A stretch of DNA of 59,983 nt from an uncultured Pelagibacteraceae bacterium (lineage in GTDB: Bacteria; Pseudomonadota; Alphaproteobacteria; Pelagibacterales; Pelagibacteraceae), in contig CACBVP010000001.1 in assembly GCA_902542795.1 (NCBI GenBank), positions 1 to 59,983 of the forward strand, given 5' to 3'. Below, one piece after another: positions 11,995 to 23,271 of the stretch. Every line of letters starts with the position of its first letter. Positions within the stretch are counted from its first letter, which is position 1. Made by a program: the position numbers and the translations under genes. The notes beneath the pieces were generated by a model that ran no database searches, was not told the DNA's origin, and was given only the letters and a program-made list of their open reading frames with translations.

Positions 11995-13073
11995 CCACAC
12001 TGAGCTCTGTGCATTAATAAGTGATCGAGTAGAACACAATTAATCATTGCTTCCCCAATTGGAACTGCTCTTATACCCACACAAGGATCATGACGGCCTT
12101 TTACAGAAATTTTTGTATTTTTTCCTTTTTTATCAATCGTATCTCTACTCGTTAAAATTGATGATGTTGGTTTTACTGCAAATGAAGCAATTATATCTTG
12201 ACCTGAAGATATACCACCAAGTATTCCACCCGCATGATTGGTTTTAAATTTTATTTTTCCTGAGTTTTTGCTCATTTCATCTGAGTTTTCTTCACCACTA
12301 AGAAAAGCTGCGTTCATACCAGAACCAATGTTTACTCCCTTGACTGCGTTAATACTCATCAACGCTGCTGCAATATCAGTATCAAGCTTTGAGTAGATTG
12401 GAGCACCCAAGCCAACCGGAATTCCACTAGCTCTAAGTTCAATGATTGCACCACAAGATGATCCTGCTTTTCTTACAGCCAATAAATATTTTTCCCAAAG
12501 TTTTACGGATTTTTTATCGGGGCAGAAAAATGGATTTTTTCTTATCTCAGAGTCTTTCCAGTTTGATTTATCGCAAGACATTAATCCTAACTGTGTAACT
12601 GCACCAATCACGTTAAATTTTTTACCTAAAATTCTTTTTAAAACTACTCTTGCAACAGCTCCTGCAGCAACTCTACTAGCAGTCTCTCTTGCAGATTGTC
12701 TTCCACCACCTCTAAAGTCTCTTATTCCGTATTTTTTAAAGTAAGTATAATCAGCATGACCTGGTCTAAATTTATTTTTAATAGACTCGTAGTCTCTTGA
12801 TTTTTTGTCTTCATTATAGATTATAATTGAAATAGGTGTACCTGTAGTTTTCCCCTCAAAAACTCCTGACAAAATTATTGCCTTATCTGGTTCTTTCCTT
12901 TGGGTAGTAAATTTTGATTGTCCAGGCCTTCTCCTGTCCATATCTGTTTGTATATCTTTTTCAGATAAAGGAATATTTGGAGGACAACCATCAATTACAC
13001 ATCCAATGGCAGGTCCGTGAGACTCTCCCCAAGTAGTAAATCTAAATAATTTTCCAAAAGTATTAAAAGACAT
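11991..13073 (-). CDS. aroC: Chorismate synthase
   Basis: [21 protein letters not shown]. Confidence 0.98.
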   Translation of the reverse strand: MSFNTFGKLFRFTTWGESHGPAIGCVIDGCPPNIPLSEKDIQTDMDRRRPGQSKFTTQRKEPDKAIILSGVFEGKTTGTPISIIIYNEDKKSRDYESIKNKFRPGHADYTYFKKYGIRDFRGGGRQSARETASRVAAGAVARVVLKRILGKKFNVIGAVTQLGLMSCDKSNWKDSEIRKNPFFCPDKKSVKLWEKYLLAVRKAGSSCGAIIELRASGIPVGLGAPIYSKLDTDIAAALMSINAVKGVNIGSGMNAAFLSGEENSDEMSKNSGKIKFKTNHAGGILGGISSGQDIIASFAVKPTSSILTSRDTIDKKGKNTKISVKGRHDPCVGIRAVPIGEAMINCVLLDHLLMHRAQCG

Positions 13074-13107
13074 AATAATTTAATATATAAGTTATTTTAT
13101 TAAATAT

Positions 13108-13740
13108 ATGAATCAAAAAAATGGCAAAAATTCATTAGGACTAGATAGTTGCTTTGAAGATATAGGCAATCCAATCGATTTATTTAAAAAATGGTTTGCA
13201 AAAGCTGAAGAAACTGAAATTAACGACCCTAATGCTGTGGCAGTAGCTACATCAAATAAACAAAATCAACCTAATGTAAGAATGGTTTTACTAAAAGGGT
13301 TGAGTGATAAAGGTTTTGTTTTTTATACAAATTTTAACAGCAAAAAGGGTGGCGAGCTAAAAGAAAACCAAAAAGCCTCAATGTGTTTTCATTGGAAAAG
13401 TATTAGACGCCAAGTAAGAATTATTGGAAAAGTTGAAGAAGTTACAACTAAAGAAGCAGATGAGTATTATAACTCGAGACCATATAAGAATAGAATTAGT
13501 GCATGGGCATCCTCTCAGTCTCAAATTTTAGATAAAAGAGATACTTTTCTTTCAAAAATAAAAGAGTTCGAAAAAAAATATCCTGACCAAAACAATGTAC
13601 CAAGACCACCCCACTGGTCTGGTTGGAGAGTTTTACCCGATGAAATAGAGTTTTGGGTAGATGGAGAAGGCAGAATTCACGAAAGATTAAATTACAAAAA
13701 AAATAATGGAAAGTGGGAAAAGGAACTTCTCTATCCTTAA
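13108..13740 (+). CDS. pdxH: Pyridoxamine 5'-phosphate oxidase
   Basis: RMVLLKG, FYTNFNSKKG, PRPPHWSG, IEFW..RIHER. Confidence 0.96.
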   Translation: MNQKNGKNSLGLDSCFEDIGNPIDLFKKWFAKAEETEINDPNAVAVATSNKQNQPNVRMVLLKGLSDKGFVFYTNFNSKKGGELKENQKASMCFHWKSIRRQVRIIGKVEEVTTKEADEYYNSRPYKNRISAWASSQSQILDKRDTFLSKIKEFEKKYPDQNNVPRPPHWSGWRVLPDEIEFWVDGEGRIHERLNYKKNNGKWEKELLYP

Positions 13741-14750
13741 AAAGATCTATTTAAACTAAAGCTAGTTAATCTTTGTAAAATTTTTTTATCTTCACTCTCT
13801 GGAAATATCGCCAACGCATCATAAGAAACATTTACAAAGTATTCAGCTTTTTTAAGACTTGTTTCTACAGCCTTATATTTAAAGATTAATGCCAATGTTT
13901 CACTAAAGTCATCTTCCGTTCTTTTGTCTTTTTTCATTATTTCAGTTAAGAACTCTTTTTCTTCCTCATTACCTTTTTGAAAAATTGTTATTAAAGGAAG
14001 TGTTACTTTTCCCTCAAAAAAATCTTTACCAATTTCTTTTCCAAAAAATTTTTCTTTAGCATAATAATCAAGAGCATCATCAGCAATTTGAAAAGCCAAG
14101 CCTAAATTTCTTCCGTAAGACTCTAAAGCTTTCTTTTCTTTTTCATTACTTCCAGAAATACAAGCACCAGTTTTTGTCGCTGCAGAAAATAAGGCTGCAG
14201 TTTTTAAATTAATAATGTCAATGTATGTTTCTTCCAATAAATCAGCTTCACCTTTATGTTGTAACTGCAAAACTTCGCCTTGAGCAATTTTTGCAGAAGT
14301 TGATGAAAGGAGTTGCAATACTTCAAGATCACCGTCTTGAACCATAATTTCAAAACAACGACTCAATAAATAATCACCTACTAAAATTGATGATTGATTA
14401 CCCCAAATTGAGTTTGTAGTTTTAACTCCTCTTCTTAATGAACTTTCATCGATAACATCATCATGTAATAAAGTTGCAGAATGAATTAACTCTACACAAG
14501 CCGCTAGATTTATGTCTCTATTATCTTCTTTGTATCCAGTTAGTTTTGCAGACTCTAAAGTTAATAGTGCCCTCAATCTTTTACCGCCAGATTTTAGATG
14601 GTGGTCACTCATTTTTTCAATAAGATCAACATCACTTTTAAGTTTTTGTTCAATTAAACTTTCAACTTTTAGAAGTTTATAACCAAGAAGGTTTTTAAGC
14701 TCCAAGTAAGCTGAATTTGCTGATTTTTTTAGCGGTATAACTGATCCCAT
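13737..14750 (-). CDS. ispB: Octa/decaprenyl diphosphate synthase
   Basis: GGKRLR, ATLLHDDVID..RRG, FQIADDALDY, GKDFFEGKVTLP. Confidence 0.93.
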   Translation of the reverse strand: MGSVIPLKKSANSAYLELKNLLGYKLLKVESLIEQKLKSDVDLIEKMSDHHLKSGGKRLRALLTLESAKLTGYKEDNRDINLAACVELIHSATLLHDDVIDESSLRRGVKTTNSIWGNQSSILVGDYLLSRCFEIMVQDGDLEVLQLLSSTSAKIAQGEVLQLQHKGEADLLEETYIDIINLKTAALFSAATKTGACISGSNEKEKKALESYGRNLGLAFQIADDALDYYAKEKFFGKEIGKDFFEGKVTLPLITIFQKGNEEEKEFLTEIMKKDKRTEDDFSETLALIFKYKAVETSLKKAEYFVNVSYDALAIFPESEDKKILQRLTSFSLNRSF

Positions 14751-14894
14751 AAACTTTATTTATAATTGATTTTTTGAATAATAAATTTTTAAATGTAAAC
14801 TTGGTGACGCACCCTGTAATTCAACTATAAGTAGCGTAATTTAATATTAATTTTTATCTCATTACTGTTATAAGTCTTCTTAGTACATCTAATT

Positions 14895-15707
14895 ATGATT
14901 TCATTTTTTAAAAAAAAAACTGTTATTCCACATGTAAGACTAACCGGAGTTATTGGTTCAGCAGGTAGGTTTAATAAAGGGATAGATTTAGCAGGTCAAA
15001 GGGATATATTAAAAAAAGCTTTTTCTCTAAAAAAGATTTCTCATGTAGCAGTATCGATTAATTCTCCTGGAGGATCTCCAGTGCAATCTCATTTAATTTA
15101 TAGCTATATAAGACAATTAGCTGAAAAAAATAAAGTTAAAGTTATTATCTTTGCAGAGGATGTGGCAGCATCGGGTGGTTATTTAATTTCATGTGCGGGT
15201 GATGAGATTTACGCAAACTCAAGTTCAATAATTGGCTCAATCGGTGTAATTTCAGCTTCATTTGGATTTAAAGACTTAATACAAAAAATTGGTGTAGAGA
15301 GAAGAGTTTATACTGCAGGAAAAAACAAAAGTACTTTAGATCCGTTCGTTGAAGAAAAAGAAGAAGATGTCAAGCGTTTAAAGAATATTCAGCTTGAATT
15401 ACACGCAGATTTTATAAAAGTTGTTGAAACTAGCAGAGGTTCAAAACTTAAAGATCCAGAAAAAAACAATATATTTACTGGAGAATTTTGGACAGGAAAA
15501 ACTGCTTTAGGCTTAGGCCTTATAGATGGAATTGGTAATGCGGATCAGATTTTAAAAGAGAAATTTGGTGAAAAAGTAATTATTAAAAATTTTGAAAAAC
15601 CAAAAGGATTTATTGCAAGGAAACTATCTTCATCAATGCCAGATCCTGTTGAAAAACTCACAAACATTATTGAAGAAAAATCGATGTGGCAAAAATTTGG
15701 TTTGTAA
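14895..15707 (+). CDS. S49 family peptidase (SppA/SohB-like)
   Basis: INSPGGSPVQS, DVAASGGY, GSIGV. Confidence 0.92.
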   Translation: MISFFKKKTVIPHVRLTGVIGSAGRFNKGIDLAGQRDILKKAFSLKKISHVAVSINSPGGSPVQSHLIYSYIRQLAEKNKVKVIIFAEDVAASGGYLISCAGDEIYANSSSIIGSIGVISASFGFKDLIQKIGVERRVYTAGKNKSTLDPFVEEKEEDVKRLKNIQLELHADFIKVVETSRGSKLKDPEKNNIFTGEFWTGKTALGLGLIDGIGNADQILKEKFGEKVIIKNFEKPKGFIARKLSSSMPDPVEKLTNIIEEKSMWQKFGL

Positions 15708-16595
15708 ATGCCAGTAAAAAAAAAAGTTAAAACGAAAAAATTAAATTTTTTATCCTTTCAAGATATAATAATGAGTCTTCAAAATTTTTGGGGTAAAAAT
15801 GGTTGTGTTATTTTACAACCATACGATATGGAAGTTGGAGCAGGAACTTTTCATCCGGCTACCACTTTACGATCTCTAGGCCCTAAGCCATGGAAAGCTG
15901 CATATGTTCAGCCTTCAAGAAGACCAACAGATGGAAGGTACGGTGAAAATCCAAATCGATTACAACATTATTATCAATATCAAGTAATTATAAAACCCTC
16001 TCCAAAAAATATTAAACAACTGTATTTAAAAAGTTTATCGACTATAGGTATAGATGTAAAAAATCACGATATTCGTTTTGTTGAAGATGATTGGGAAAGT
16101 CCAACTTTAGGTGCAGCGGGTTTAGGCTGGGAAGTATGGTGTGATGGTATGGAGATTACACAATTTACTTATTTTCAACAAATGACAGGAATAGAGTGTA
16201 AACCAGTTCCAGTAGAAATTACTTATGGGCTAGAAAGACTTTGTATGTTTGTTCAAGGCAAAAATAATGTTTTTGATTTAGATTGGAATAATGAAGGCGT
16301 AAAATATAAAGAAGTTTTCTTTCAAGCCGAAAAAGAGTTTTCAGCTTATAATTTTGAGTTTGCAAATACTGATGCTTTGTTAAAAAATTTCGAAAGCACA
16401 GAGAATGAATGTAAATCTTTGCTAGAAAAAAAACTTTCTCTTCCAGCTTATGATCAGTGTTTAAAAGCTAGCCATATATTTAATTTATTAGACGCACGGG
16501 GTGTTATAGGAGTTGCAGAAAGAACCGGTTATATCACTAGGATAAGAGAGCTCGCAAAAGGATGCGGCACACTATGGTTAAGCTCTCAAAGTTAA
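15708..16595 (+). CDS. glyQ: Glycine-tRNA ligase alpha subunit
   Basis: [36 protein letters not shown]. Confidence 0.98.
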   Translation: MPVKKKVKTKKLNFLSFQDIIMSLQNFWGKNGCVILQPYDMEVGAGTFHPATTLRSLGPKPWKAAYVQPSRRPTDGRYGENPNRLQHYYQYQVIIKPSPKNIKQLYLKSLSTIGIDVKNHDIRFVEDDWESPTLGAAGLGWEVWCDGMEITQFTYFQQMTGIECKPVPVEITYGLERLCMFVQGKNNVFDLDWNNEGVKYKEVFFQAEKEFSAYNFEFANTDALLKNFESTENECKSLLEKKLSLPAYDQCLKASHIFNLLDARGVIGVAERTGYITRIRELAKGCGTLWLSSQS

Positions 16596-16598
16596 TTT

Positions 16599-18653
16599 AT
16601 GGCAGAACTTTTATTGGAACTTTATAGTGAAGAAATTCCACCTCAACTTCAAATAGGAGCCAGAACACAACTAAAAGAATTTGTTGAGAATTCATTTAAA
16701 GAGAACGAGATAAAATATAAAGATCTTTCAGTATACTCTTCGCCAACAAGACTGGTTCTTTTAGCTAATGATTTAGCCGAAAATATAAAAGTAGCAGCTA
16801 AAGAAATTAAAGGACCAAAAGTAGGATCTCCTGACCAAGTTATACAAGGCTTTGTGAAAGCAAAAAATGTATCAGAGCAAGATTTAATCGAAAAAGATAC
16901 AGATAAAGGAAAATTTTATTTTATTAAGACTCAACCTAAATCAATTTTAGTTGAGGAATTATTGAGCAAAATTATACCAAAAGCTATTAGTTCAATTAGC
17001 TGGAAAAAGTCAATGAAATGGTCTGATCACAACTTAATGTGGGGAAGACCTCTTCAATCAATATTTGCAAGATTTAATAATAAAAAACTCTCTTTTAGCT
17101 TTGATCATTTGGAGACAACAGATGAAATAACTGTTGAGCAAGATCTGATAATTAAATCCAAAAAAATTAATAACTTTAAAGAGTACTTAAGTTTTCTTAA
17201 AACGTTTAATATTATTGTTGATCACCAAGTAAGAGAGGAAATTATTCTAAAAAAAATTAGTTCTTTTTCGAATTCAAAACAATATAAAGAAAGGATCAAC
17301 AAAAACTTATTAGAGGAAGTTGTAAATATTGTTGAAGACCCTAATTTATTACATGTAAGTTTCAACAAGAATTATTTAAAAATACCGCAAGAAATTATTA
17401 TTTCTACTTTAGAGAAACACCAAAGGTATTTTCCAATTTTTGATAGTAGAGAAAGATTAACAAATAATTTTTTTGTTGTAGCGAATAAAAAAGATGAAAA
17501 AAAATTCATTACAGAGGGAAATAAGAGAGTCGTTGAGGCGAGATTAGCTGACGCTAAATTTTTTTGGGATAAAGATAGATCAAAAAATTTAATTAAACAA
17601 ATAGCAAATTTAAAGTCAGTTACTTTTTATGAAAAGCTTGGAACCATTTATGACAAAACTCAAAGATTAAGACAATTAGCAGGCTTTCTGTCTGATGATT
17701 TAAATATAAGTAAAGAAAAAGTTCAAGTTGCAGCTTCAATTTCAAAATCTGACTTATGTTCAGATTTAGTTGGAGAATATCCTGAACTTCAAGGAGTAAT
17801 GGGAAAATATTTTGCTTTAGCACAAGGATTTGAAGAGGATATCGCTAACTCAGTTAGCGATCATTATTTACCTGTTGGTTTAACATCTGCGATACCTAAA
17901 AAACCGTTTAGCTATTCAATTTCAATTGTAGACAAGATCGATACTTTAGTTGGCTTTTTTGTAATTGATGAAAAACCAACAAGTTCAAAAGATCCTTTTG
18001 CTTTAAGGCGAGCAGCAATAGGTTTGCTCAGAATAATAATTGAAAATAAATTATCTTTTAAATTAAGAGACCTAGTTAGCTATGCAATAAGACTATATCA
18101 GGAACAAGGTGTTGAGATAAAAAATGAGAAAACTGAACAAGAAGTTCTAGATTTTATAAAAGAAAGAATGAGAAACGTTTTAAAATTAAAAAATATAAAA
18201 CCTGATATTATAGAAGCTTCAGTTAGCTCACATGCTGGTGATAATTTTTTAGACCTTTATGCAAAAACTATTTTAATTCATAAATATAAAAATAAGGGAA
18301 TAGGGCTTAATGCGATTAGCTCTTATAAACGAGCATCAAACATTTTAGATAAAGCTGAAAAAGGAATCACAGGAAGACCAGATGCTGTTTTATTTAGAAA
18401 AGATGAAGAAAGAGTTCTTCATGAAAAAATTAATGAAATTAGGAAAGCTTTTACTGTTAAAGATGACAATAAAGACTACAAAAGCTTGTTAATAAAGCTA
18501 TCTGACACCAAAGAATCTACAGATAATTTTTTTGACAATGTGGTAGTAAATGATGAAAATCAAGATATAAAAAATAATCGATTAGAGCTTTTAAAAATGT
18601 TTTGTAACACATTTGATACTTTTATCGATTTTTCAAAATTAGAAGGTCTGTAA
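16599..18653 (+). CDS. glyS: Glycine-tRNA ligase beta subunit
   Basis: LLELYSEEIP, ARLADAKFF, EYPELQG, SKDPFALRRAA. Confidence 0.97.
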   Translation: MAELLLELYSEEIPPQLQIGARTQLKEFVENSFKENEIKYKDLSVYSSPTRLVLLANDLAENIKVAAKEIKGPKVGSPDQVIQGFVKAKNVSEQDLIEKDTDKGKFYFIKTQPKSILVEELLSKIIPKAISSISWKKSMKWSDHNLMWGRPLQSIFARFNNKKLSFSFDHLETTDEITVEQDLIIKSKKINNFKEYLSFLKTFNIIVDHQVREEIILKKISSFSNSKQYKERINKNLLEEVVNIVEDPNLLHVSFNKNYLKIPQEIIISTLEKHQRYFPIFDSRERLTNNFFVVANKKDEKKFITEGNKRVVEARLADAKFFWDKDRSKNLIKQIANLKSVTFYEKLGTIYDKTQRLRQLAGFLSDDLNISKEKVQVAASISKSDLCSDLVGEYPELQGVMGKYFALAQGFEEDIANSVSDHYLPVGLTSAIPKKPFSYSISIVDKIDTLVGFFVIDEKPTSSKDPFALRRAAIGLLRIIIENKLSFKLRDLVSYAIRLYQEQGVEIKNEKTEQEVLDFIKERMRNVLKLKNIKPDIIEASVSSHAGDNFLDLYAKTILIHKYKNKGIGLNAISSYKRASNILDKAEKGITGRPDAVLFRKDEERVLHEKINEIRKAFTVKDDNKDYKSLLIKLSDTKESTDNFFDNVVVNDENQDIKNNRLELLKMFCNTFDTFIDFSKLEGL

Positions 18654-21313
18654 TGGCAAAAGTTGTATTTAGTTTTGATGATAAATCTGCAAAAAAAATA
18701 AAGAATAAAAAAAATATTTTAGGTGGTAAAGGCGCCAATCTCGGGGAGATGGGAAGATTAGGCTTACCTGTTCCTCCCGGATTCACTATTACAACAGATG
18801 TTTGTGATCTTTTTTATAAAAATAAAAAAAAACTTCCTAAAAGTGTAATTAAAAATATCGAAGTAGAGCTTAAAAATATTGAAAAGAAAACTAAAAAGAA
18901 GTTTGGTGATCTTAAAAATCCATTATTAGTGTCAGTTAGATCTGGTGCTAGAATTTCAATGCCGGGTATGATGGATACGATTTTAAATCTTGGTCTCAAC
19001 GATAAAACAGCAGAGTCATTAAAAAAGAAAACCTCAAACGGTCGATTTGCAAAAGATAGTTACAGAAGGTTTATACAAATGTATAGCAACGTTGTTCTTG
19101 GAGTTGAAGGACACTTATTTGAAGAATTAATTGATAATTACAAATTAACAAAAGGCGTGTTGCTAGATACAGATTTAGATGAGAGCGATTGGGACGGATT
19201 GATAACAAATTTTAAAGATCTAGTAAAAAAAGAAAAAAAAATTAATTTCCCGCAAGACGTAAAAGAGCAATTGCTAGGAGCAATAAATGCAGTATTTTTA
19301 TCTTGGGATAGTCAAAGAGCAAAAACTTATAGAAAATTAAATCAAATCCCTGATCACTGGGGGACAGCAGTAAACGTTCAAGCGATGGTTTTTGGTAACA
19401 TGGGTGAGGATTGTTCAACAGGTGTTGCTTTTACGAGAAACCCATCAACAGGAGAAAATTCTTTCTTTGGAGAATTTTTAATTAATGCACAAGGCGAAGA
19501 TGTTGTAGCGGGTACCAGAACTCCTCAATACATTACTAAAAAAGCAAAACAAGATGCTGGTTCAAAAGATTCATCAATGGAAGAAGCTATGCCTACAGTT
19601 TATAAAGAATTAGCAAAAGTATTTCTTAAATTAGAGAAGCACTACAAAGATATGCAAGACATCGAGTTTACAGTTGAGAATAATAAACTTTGGATGCTTC
19701 AAACAAGATCAGGAAAAAGAACTGCCAAAGCTGCAATTAAAATTGCAGTAGATATGGTTAAAGAAAAATTAATTTCAAAAAAAGAAGCAATTAAAAGAAT
19801 TGATCCTAATACTTTAGACACATTATTACATCCAACTTTAGATGATAAAGTTAAAAAAGAAGTAATCGCTTCAGGATTGCCTGCATCCCCAGGAGCTGCG
19901 AGTGGAAAGGTTGTTTTTACAGCTGATGATGCAGAAAAATTAAATGGGATGATGCAAGATACAATACTAGTAAGATTAGAAACTTCACCAGAAGATATAC
20001 ACGGAATGCATGCTGCAAAAGGAATTCTTACGGCAAGAGGTGGAATGACAAGTCATGCTGCAGTAGTAGCAAGAGGAATGGGTAGACCATGTGTTTCTGG
20101 TTCTAGTGAAATAACAATTGATTATGAATTAAAACAATTTAAAGCCGGGGACGTAATTATTAAAGAGGGCGATATAATTACCATAGACGGTGGAAGTGGA
20201 AAAGTAATGAAGGGGTTGGTGCCTACTGTTCAACCAGAAATATCTGGCTATTTTTCCACAATAATGAAATGGGCTGATGAATTTAGAAAATTAAAAGTAA
20301 GAACGAATGCTGAAACAGAAGCAGATAGTAAAACAGCTAGAGAGTTCGGTGCTGAAGGGATTGGGTTATGTAGAACAGAACATATGTTTTTTGATGAGGA
20401 AAGAATTTTATCTGTAAGACAAATGATTTTATCTAAATCAAAAGAAGACAGAAATAGTGCGCTAGATAAACTTTTACCTCATCAAAAAGAAGATTTTAAA
20501 AAAATATTCAAAGTCATGTCAGGTTTACCTGTAACAGTAAGATTATTAGATCCACCACTTCATGAATTTTTACCAAAAGCTGACAAAGACATAGAGGAAG
20601 TAGCGAGATCTTTAAATCTATCAGCAAAGGAAGTTAAAGACAGAATTTCAGAACTCCATGAGGAAAACCCTATGTTAGGACACAGAGGCTGCCGACTTGG
20701 TATTTCTTTCCCAGAGATATATGAGATGCAATGCAGAGCTATATTTGAAGCTATAGTTGAACTAAAAAAACAAAAAGTAAAAGCAGCTTTTGCAGAAATT
20801 ATGATACCTTTGGTTTCAACGGACTCCGAACTTAAAATTTTAAGAGCTTTAGTTAATAAAATTGCTAAAGAAATAGAAAAAGAAAATAAATTAAAACTTG
20901 AATATATGGTTGGCACTATGATCGAATTACCCCGTGCTGCTTTACAGGCGAAATCTATTTCAAAACATGCTGATTTCTTTAGCTTTGGAACAAACGATTT
21001 AACTCAAACAACTCTAGGAATAAGTCGAGACGACTCAGGAAAATTTTTAAATGATTATATTGATAATAAAATATTTGAAGTTGACCCGTTTGTTAGTATT
21101 GATCAAAATGGAGTGGGCGAGTTAGTGGAAATAGCTTCCTCAAGAGGCAGAAAAACAAATAAAAATATTAAATTAGGTATTTGTGGTGAACACGGTGGAG
21201 ACCCGAAGAGTATAGAATTCTGTTCAAGAACAGGACTAAACTATGTTTCATGCTCTCCATTTAGAGTTCCAGTAGCAAGATTGGCTGCCGCTCAAGCAGA
21301 ATTATCTAAATAA
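18653..21313 (+). CDS. ppdK: Pyruvate phosphate dikinase
   Basis: GGKGANL, GGMTSHAAVVARG, FSFGTNDLTQ, GICGEHGGDP. Confidence 0.98.
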   Translation: MAKVVFSFDDKSAKKIKNKKNILGGKGANLGEMGRLGLPVPPGFTITTDVCDLFYKNKKKLPKSVIKNIEVELKNIEKKTKKKFGDLKNPLLVSVRSGARISMPGMMDTILNLGLNDKTAESLKKKTSNGRFAKDSYRRFIQMYSNVVLGVEGHLFEELIDNYKLTKGVLLDTDLDESDWDGLITNFKDLVKKEKKINFPQDVKEQLLGAINAVFLSWDSQRAKTYRKLNQIPDHWGTAVNVQAMVFGNMGEDCSTGVAFTRNPSTGENSFFGEFLINAQGEDVVAGTRTPQYITKKAKQDAGSKDSSMEEAMPTVYKELAKVFLKLEKHYKDMQDIEFTVENNKLWMLQTRSGKRTAKAAIKIAVDMVKEKLISKKEAIKRIDPNTLDTLLHPTLDDKVKKEVIASGLPASPGAASGKVVFTADDAEKLNGMMQDTILVRLETSPEDIHGMHAAKGILTARGGMTSHAAVVARGMGRPCVSGSSEITIDYELKQFKAGDVIIKEGDIITIDGGSGKVMKGLVPTVQPEISGYFSTIMKWADEFRKLKVRTNAETEADSKTAREFGAEGIGLCRTEHMFFDEERILSVRQMILSKSKEDRNSALDKLLPHQKEDFKKIFKVMSGLPVTVRLLDPPLHEFLPKADKDIEEVARSLNLSAKEVKDRISELHEENPMLGHRGCRLGISFPEIYEMQCRAIFEAIVELKKQKVKAAFAEIMIPLVSTDSELKILRALVNKIAKEIEKENKLKLEYMVGTMIELPRAALQAKSISKHADFFSFGTNDLTQTTLGISRDDSGKFLNDYIDNKIFEVDPFVSIDQNGVGELVEIASSRGRKTNKNIKLGICGEHGGDPKSIEFCSRTGLNYVSCSPFRVPVARLAAAQAELSK

Positions 21314-22132
21314 TAAAGTCGTATCAAAGGATTTGGCGCTATGAGTGATCGCACCTACAGAAATTCTATTTATCCCTGTTTTTGATATTTGTTTGATATT
21401 TTTTAAAGTAGCATTACCTGAATACTCTGTCTGATATTTATTTTTGCAAAGTTTTAAGCATTTTTTTAATTGCGAAAAGCTCATATTATCAAAAAGTATT
21501 CTTTTAAACTTTAAACCCATAATCTGTTTGAGTTGATTAATACTTTCAATTTCTACTGTAACAATTTTTTTTGTTTTAATTGCTTTTTTAACTAACTCCC
21601 TAAGATTATTAGAAGCACTAATATGGTTATCTTTAATAAGAATTTCATCACTTAAATTGTATCTATGGTTATAACCACCACCTTTTTTGACAGCATATTT
21701 TTCAAGCATTCTTAAATTTGGTGTAGTTTTTCTTGTGCAGCATATTTTAGTTTTTTTACTAATTTTTTTTACAAACTGATTAGTAATTGTTGCGATACCT
21801 GACGCATGATTAAGAAAATTTAAAGCAGTTCTTTCAGCAGTTAAGATTGTTTTTTTTTTAGCTTTAATTATAGCAATTACTTTATTTTTTTTAATTTTTT
21901 TCCCATCAGAAATTTTCTTAGTAAAGACTGCTTCGCTTCCAATTTGTTTAAAAGCAGTTTTACAAAAATCTAAACCAGCTATGACACCATCTTGTTTGGC
22001 TATGATCTTAGCTTTTTTTATTTTGTCTTTGGCAGCAATTAAGTTGGTAGTGATGTCTCCTCTAGGCCTAAGGTCTTCTTCTAGAGCTTTTCTTACGATT
22101 GTATTAATATAAGATTGATTTAATTTTTGCAC
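21302..22132 (-). CDS. nadC: Quinolinate phosphoribosyltransferase (likely GTG start at 22132)
   Basis: ERTALNFL, TRKTTP, HRYNLSD.ILIKDNH, ISVGAITHS. Confidence 0.95.
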   Translation of the reverse strand: MQKLNQSYINTIVRKALEEDLRPRGDITTNLIAAKDKIKKAKIIAKQDGVIAGLDFCKTAFKQIGSEAVFTKKISDGKKIKKNKVIAIIKAKKKTILTAERTALNFLNHASGIATITNQFVKKISKKTKICCTRKTTPNLRMLEKYAVKKGGGYNHRYNLSDEILIKDNHISASNNLRELVKKAIKTKKIVTVEIESINQLKQIMGLKFKRILFDNMSFSQLKKCLKLCKNKYQTEYSGNATLKNIKQISKTGINRISVGAITHSAKSFDTTLLFR

Positions 22133-22136
22133 TGAT

Positions 22137-23126
22137 CTAACGACCAATTTCGGTCATTCTAATTACAGACTTTCTTGCAGCTTCTATAGTTTTACTATCC
22201 AGAACGATTTCGTTGGTATTATTCTCTAAACAATCTAAGATTTTTTCTAAATCAATTTTTTTCATGTAAGGGCAAAGATTACACGGCTTGATGAAAGATA
22301 CATTTGGATTATCTGCTTCAACGTTATCACTCATTGAACATTCAGTTACTAACATCACTTTTTTAGGCTGATTATCTTTAACATATTTAATCATACCGGA
22401 AGTAGACCCTGCAAAGTCAGATGCTTCAATTACATCTGGTGGACATTCTGGATGTGCAATAATTTTAATACCTGGATTTTGATTTTTGATATCTTGAATT
22501 TCTTTTCCTGTAAATTGTTCGTGAACAATACAAGTACCCTTCCAAGAAATAATTTTCACTTTTGTATTTTTAGCAACGTAGTCTGCTAAATATTGGTCTG
22601 GAAGAAAAATTACTTTCTCTACATTTAAAGACTCAACAACTTTAACAGCATTTGCAGAGGTGCAACAAACATCTGTTTCAGCTTTTACATCTGCTGAAGT
22701 ATTAACATAAGATACAACAGGTACACCCGGGTATTTTTGTTTTAATAATCTCACATCCTCTCCTGTAATAGAACTTGCAAGTGAACAACCTGCTTGCATG
22801 TCTGGTAAAAAAACTTTTTTAGTTGGATTCATTAATTTTGCAGTTTCAGCCATGAAGTGAACTCCACACATAATAATTTTATCTGCAGAAGTTTTTGAGG
22901 CTTCTATAGCAAGAGCTAGAGAGTCAGCTGATATATCCGCAACACCGTGATAAATTTCAGGTGTTTGATAATTGTGAGCGAGAATGATTGCGTTTTTCTC
23001 TTTTTTTAATTTATTGATTTTTTCAATTAATGGAGCATGAATTTTCCATTCATTTTCAGGTACAAATTTTGAGATTTTTTTATAAATCTCCTGAGAACCA
23101 TTTAAATTTTGTTGTTGTACAGACAT
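22137..23126 (-). CDS. nadA: Quinolinate synthase A
   Basis: LAHNYQ, CGVHFMAETAK, AGCSLA, AHPEC, CPYMK. Confidence 0.97.
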   Translation of the reverse strand: MSVQQQNLNGSQEIYKKISKFVPENEWKIHAPLIEKINKLKKEKNAIILAHNYQTPEIYHGVADISADSLALAIEASKTSADKIIMCGVHFMAETAKLMNPTKKVFLPDMQAGCSLASSITGEDVRLLKQKYPGVPVVSYVNTSADVKAETDVCCTSANAVKVVESLNVEKVIFLPDQYLADYVAKNTKVKIISWKGTCIVHEQFTGKEIQDIKNQNPGIKIIAHPECPPDVIEASDFAGSTSGMIKYVKDNQPKKVMLVTECSMSDNVEADNPNVSFIKPCNLCPYMKKIDLEKILDCLENNTNEIVLDSKTIEAARKSVIRMTEIGR

Positions 23127-23187
23127 ACTAATTCCAATTTATCAACTTGAGGTTAAATTGTCATTCATTTATTGTCGCATAATTGTT

Positions 23188-23271
23188 GCGGTCGTGCTGA
23201 AATTGGTAGACAGGCACGCTTGAGGGGCGTGTGGGTTTCCCGTGAGAGTTCGAGTCTCTCCGACCGCACCA
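23188..23271 (+). tRNA. tRNA-Leu, anticodon GAG
   Basis: GCGGTCG/CGACCGC+ACCA; anticodon arm CACGC-TTGAGGG-GCGTG; long variable arm; GTTCGAGT T loop. Confidence 0.95.

Noticed and set aside
14751-14894. Slightly GC-richer ispB-S49 intergenic region as an ncRNA
   Set aside because: No convincing stem or ORF; likely divergent promoters
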